Origin: Octopus bimaculoides
Taxonomy: Eukaryota
NCBI RefSeq assembly: GCF_001194135.2
Contig: NC_068981.1
Span: 41,358,238 to 41,422,237 of the forward strand
DNA length: 64,000 nt
Direction of reading: 5' to 3'
In this document: piece by piece, positions 62,346 through 64,000 of the stretch
How positions within the stretch are numbered: the first letter of the stretch is position 1
Layout of the letters: every line of letters begins with the position of its first letter
Program-made: the position numbers and the translations under genes
The notes under the pieces: model-generated
The model's database searches: none
Told to the model about the DNA's origin: nothing
What the model saw: only the letters and a program-made list of their open reading frames with translations

Positions 62346-63184
62346 CACGCTTGATTAATTTGATTGTCACACGACAATTGTAGCTTTTTTTTTGTCTTTT
62401 AAGTAAAAATAGTAAACATATCTTATGACAAAAGTTTGATGTTGTAGAAAAAGCAACGTATTCAGTGCGAGCTGAGTCTTAAACCTAATTTCGATTTTTG
62501 CTGATGCAATTTCATTTTATTTATCATGTGTTGCTTATTCCTTGTATGAACGTCGTGTTATCTCATGTTTACTCTTCTATAACTCTGAAGTCTGGTGCTT
62601 ATGAGAGAGAGAGACAATGAGAGAGAATGTGCAACAGTGCTCGGAACTGGATGTTTTGTTGTATCTAGTTTAGTAGTTCGTACCGCTCTGCTCTTCGTTC
62701 AAATCCTGCTATTCTCACTGATCTTTAGTAGTCTTTGTGCGCAACATAATATGTAGAATTAGTAATTTCTATATTAATTTAAGCAAGTAACCTTTTGCGC
62801 GTACATTAATTTCTTGTACTCTGGTTGAAATACGAGTATGTGCGCAGACTTAACTCAAACATTCGACGTTGGAGTTTTTAGTATAACTATTTCTCCAAGT
62901 CCCCCATACCTTATAGAAGATGAAAAGCGTAGTTTCTCCCCCCCCCCCCATTTCGTTTATAGTATTACTGCGGACGGCGGTCTCAAATATGCACTCCATC
63001 TCTTTTTCGAATGTTATACACTCATACATACATATCTACCTACCTTCCTACACACATAGCAACTATATGCATGATAATACATACATGTTATGTTGAAATC
63101 CCAGTGACGGAGCCTTGGATCTAGGTTAGAAACCGGCTCTTTCTCTATTGGCAAGAAATCTTGATATAAAACTAAACAACGACG

Positions 63185-63219
<35 letters not shown>

Positions 63220-64000
63220 TTGAATTCCGATGATTTCGACAATAGAACATTTTTAGCCTTCCGATTTCCGTACATTTTCCTATTGTGTATGGGATTTAGA
63301 AGGGGTCGGCTATTCAAAGAAATCCGCCCTTTTGTCAGTATAACAGAATACATTAATAAACTAATGTCCTCTTCCAGTCAACAAATGAAACTTCTACATG
63401 GTCACTCGACCTGCTAGAAATAACTGCCAAATCCTCCTCATAAGATAATGTAATCCTGAATAATGTTAAAAAGATGGGATGGTAATTGGTGGAATATCTT
63501 AGATCTGCTTGATCAATGGTAACCAGGGACCCAACAGCAGCAACAAGTGATACCTGCTTACTGGACATATTCTCTCTCTCTCTCTCTCTCTTTCTCTCTT
63601 TCTCCCTCTCTCTCTCTCATAAACGTACATACGCACAAATGATTTTGTGTCGAATCTGAAAAATAGATCCTATGACAAAGCTGTTACTCTTGTGATTGCC
63701 AACAAAGAATGTCATCTAGAATCTTTCTATCTGCTAGGAATAGCAACCAAATCCTCCTAAAAGGATACCCTACTATCTCAGAAAAGAACACAATCAATGA
63801 TATGGTCTTGTGTGCACAGTTTCTGGGAAAACTATGAAATACTCATGGCTGGACATCTTTCATTAGGACTGACTGGGGCTAAACAACTACTACAGCTTTT
63901 ATTCAGTAAATCTGCTCATTTCATGGTATTCATCTCAGTGAAAATTTGAAACCAGAGCTCTTGATCTGTTGGCACCTTTGACCATGGCTCATGGACCTCA

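Overview
Eukaryotic, AT-rich, repeat-dense genomic DNA with six N gaps. The microsatellites and SINE/LINE families suggest a cephalopod, probably Octopus (inference from repeat content, not proven). Two protein-coding genes were reconstructed by hand, both on the minus strand, with GT-AG introns and consistent phases. (1) A complete PM20D1-like M20 metallopeptidase (N-fatty-acyl amino acid synthase/hydrolase): 11 coding exons from 41563 to 2176, 1518 nt, 505 aa, with all metal and catalytic motifs intact. (2) A two-exon TRIM/RBCC gene (RING, B-box1-like, B-box2, coiled coil, NHL-type beta-propeller): 62200-61690 joined to 51437-49966, 660 aa. The rest is introns and intergenic DNA filled with RTE and RLE (R4/Dong-like) LINE fragments, tRNA-derived SINEs, mariner and pogo/Tigger relics, a TA-flanked MITE and a Copia-order LTR relic. 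The most unexpected signal is a set of minimal type I hammerhead-ribozyme motifs of the Penelope/retrozyme kind inside PM20D1 introns. One family is fused to a Pol III tRNA-like head and is present as an inverted duplication. All copies seen carry a likely inactivating lesion. Other observations: inverted mariner copies bracketing an in-frame exon pair, a perfect ISRE in the TRIM intron, and a possible divergent TATA/CCAAT promoter. No CRISPR array, rRNA or bona fide tRNA gene was found.
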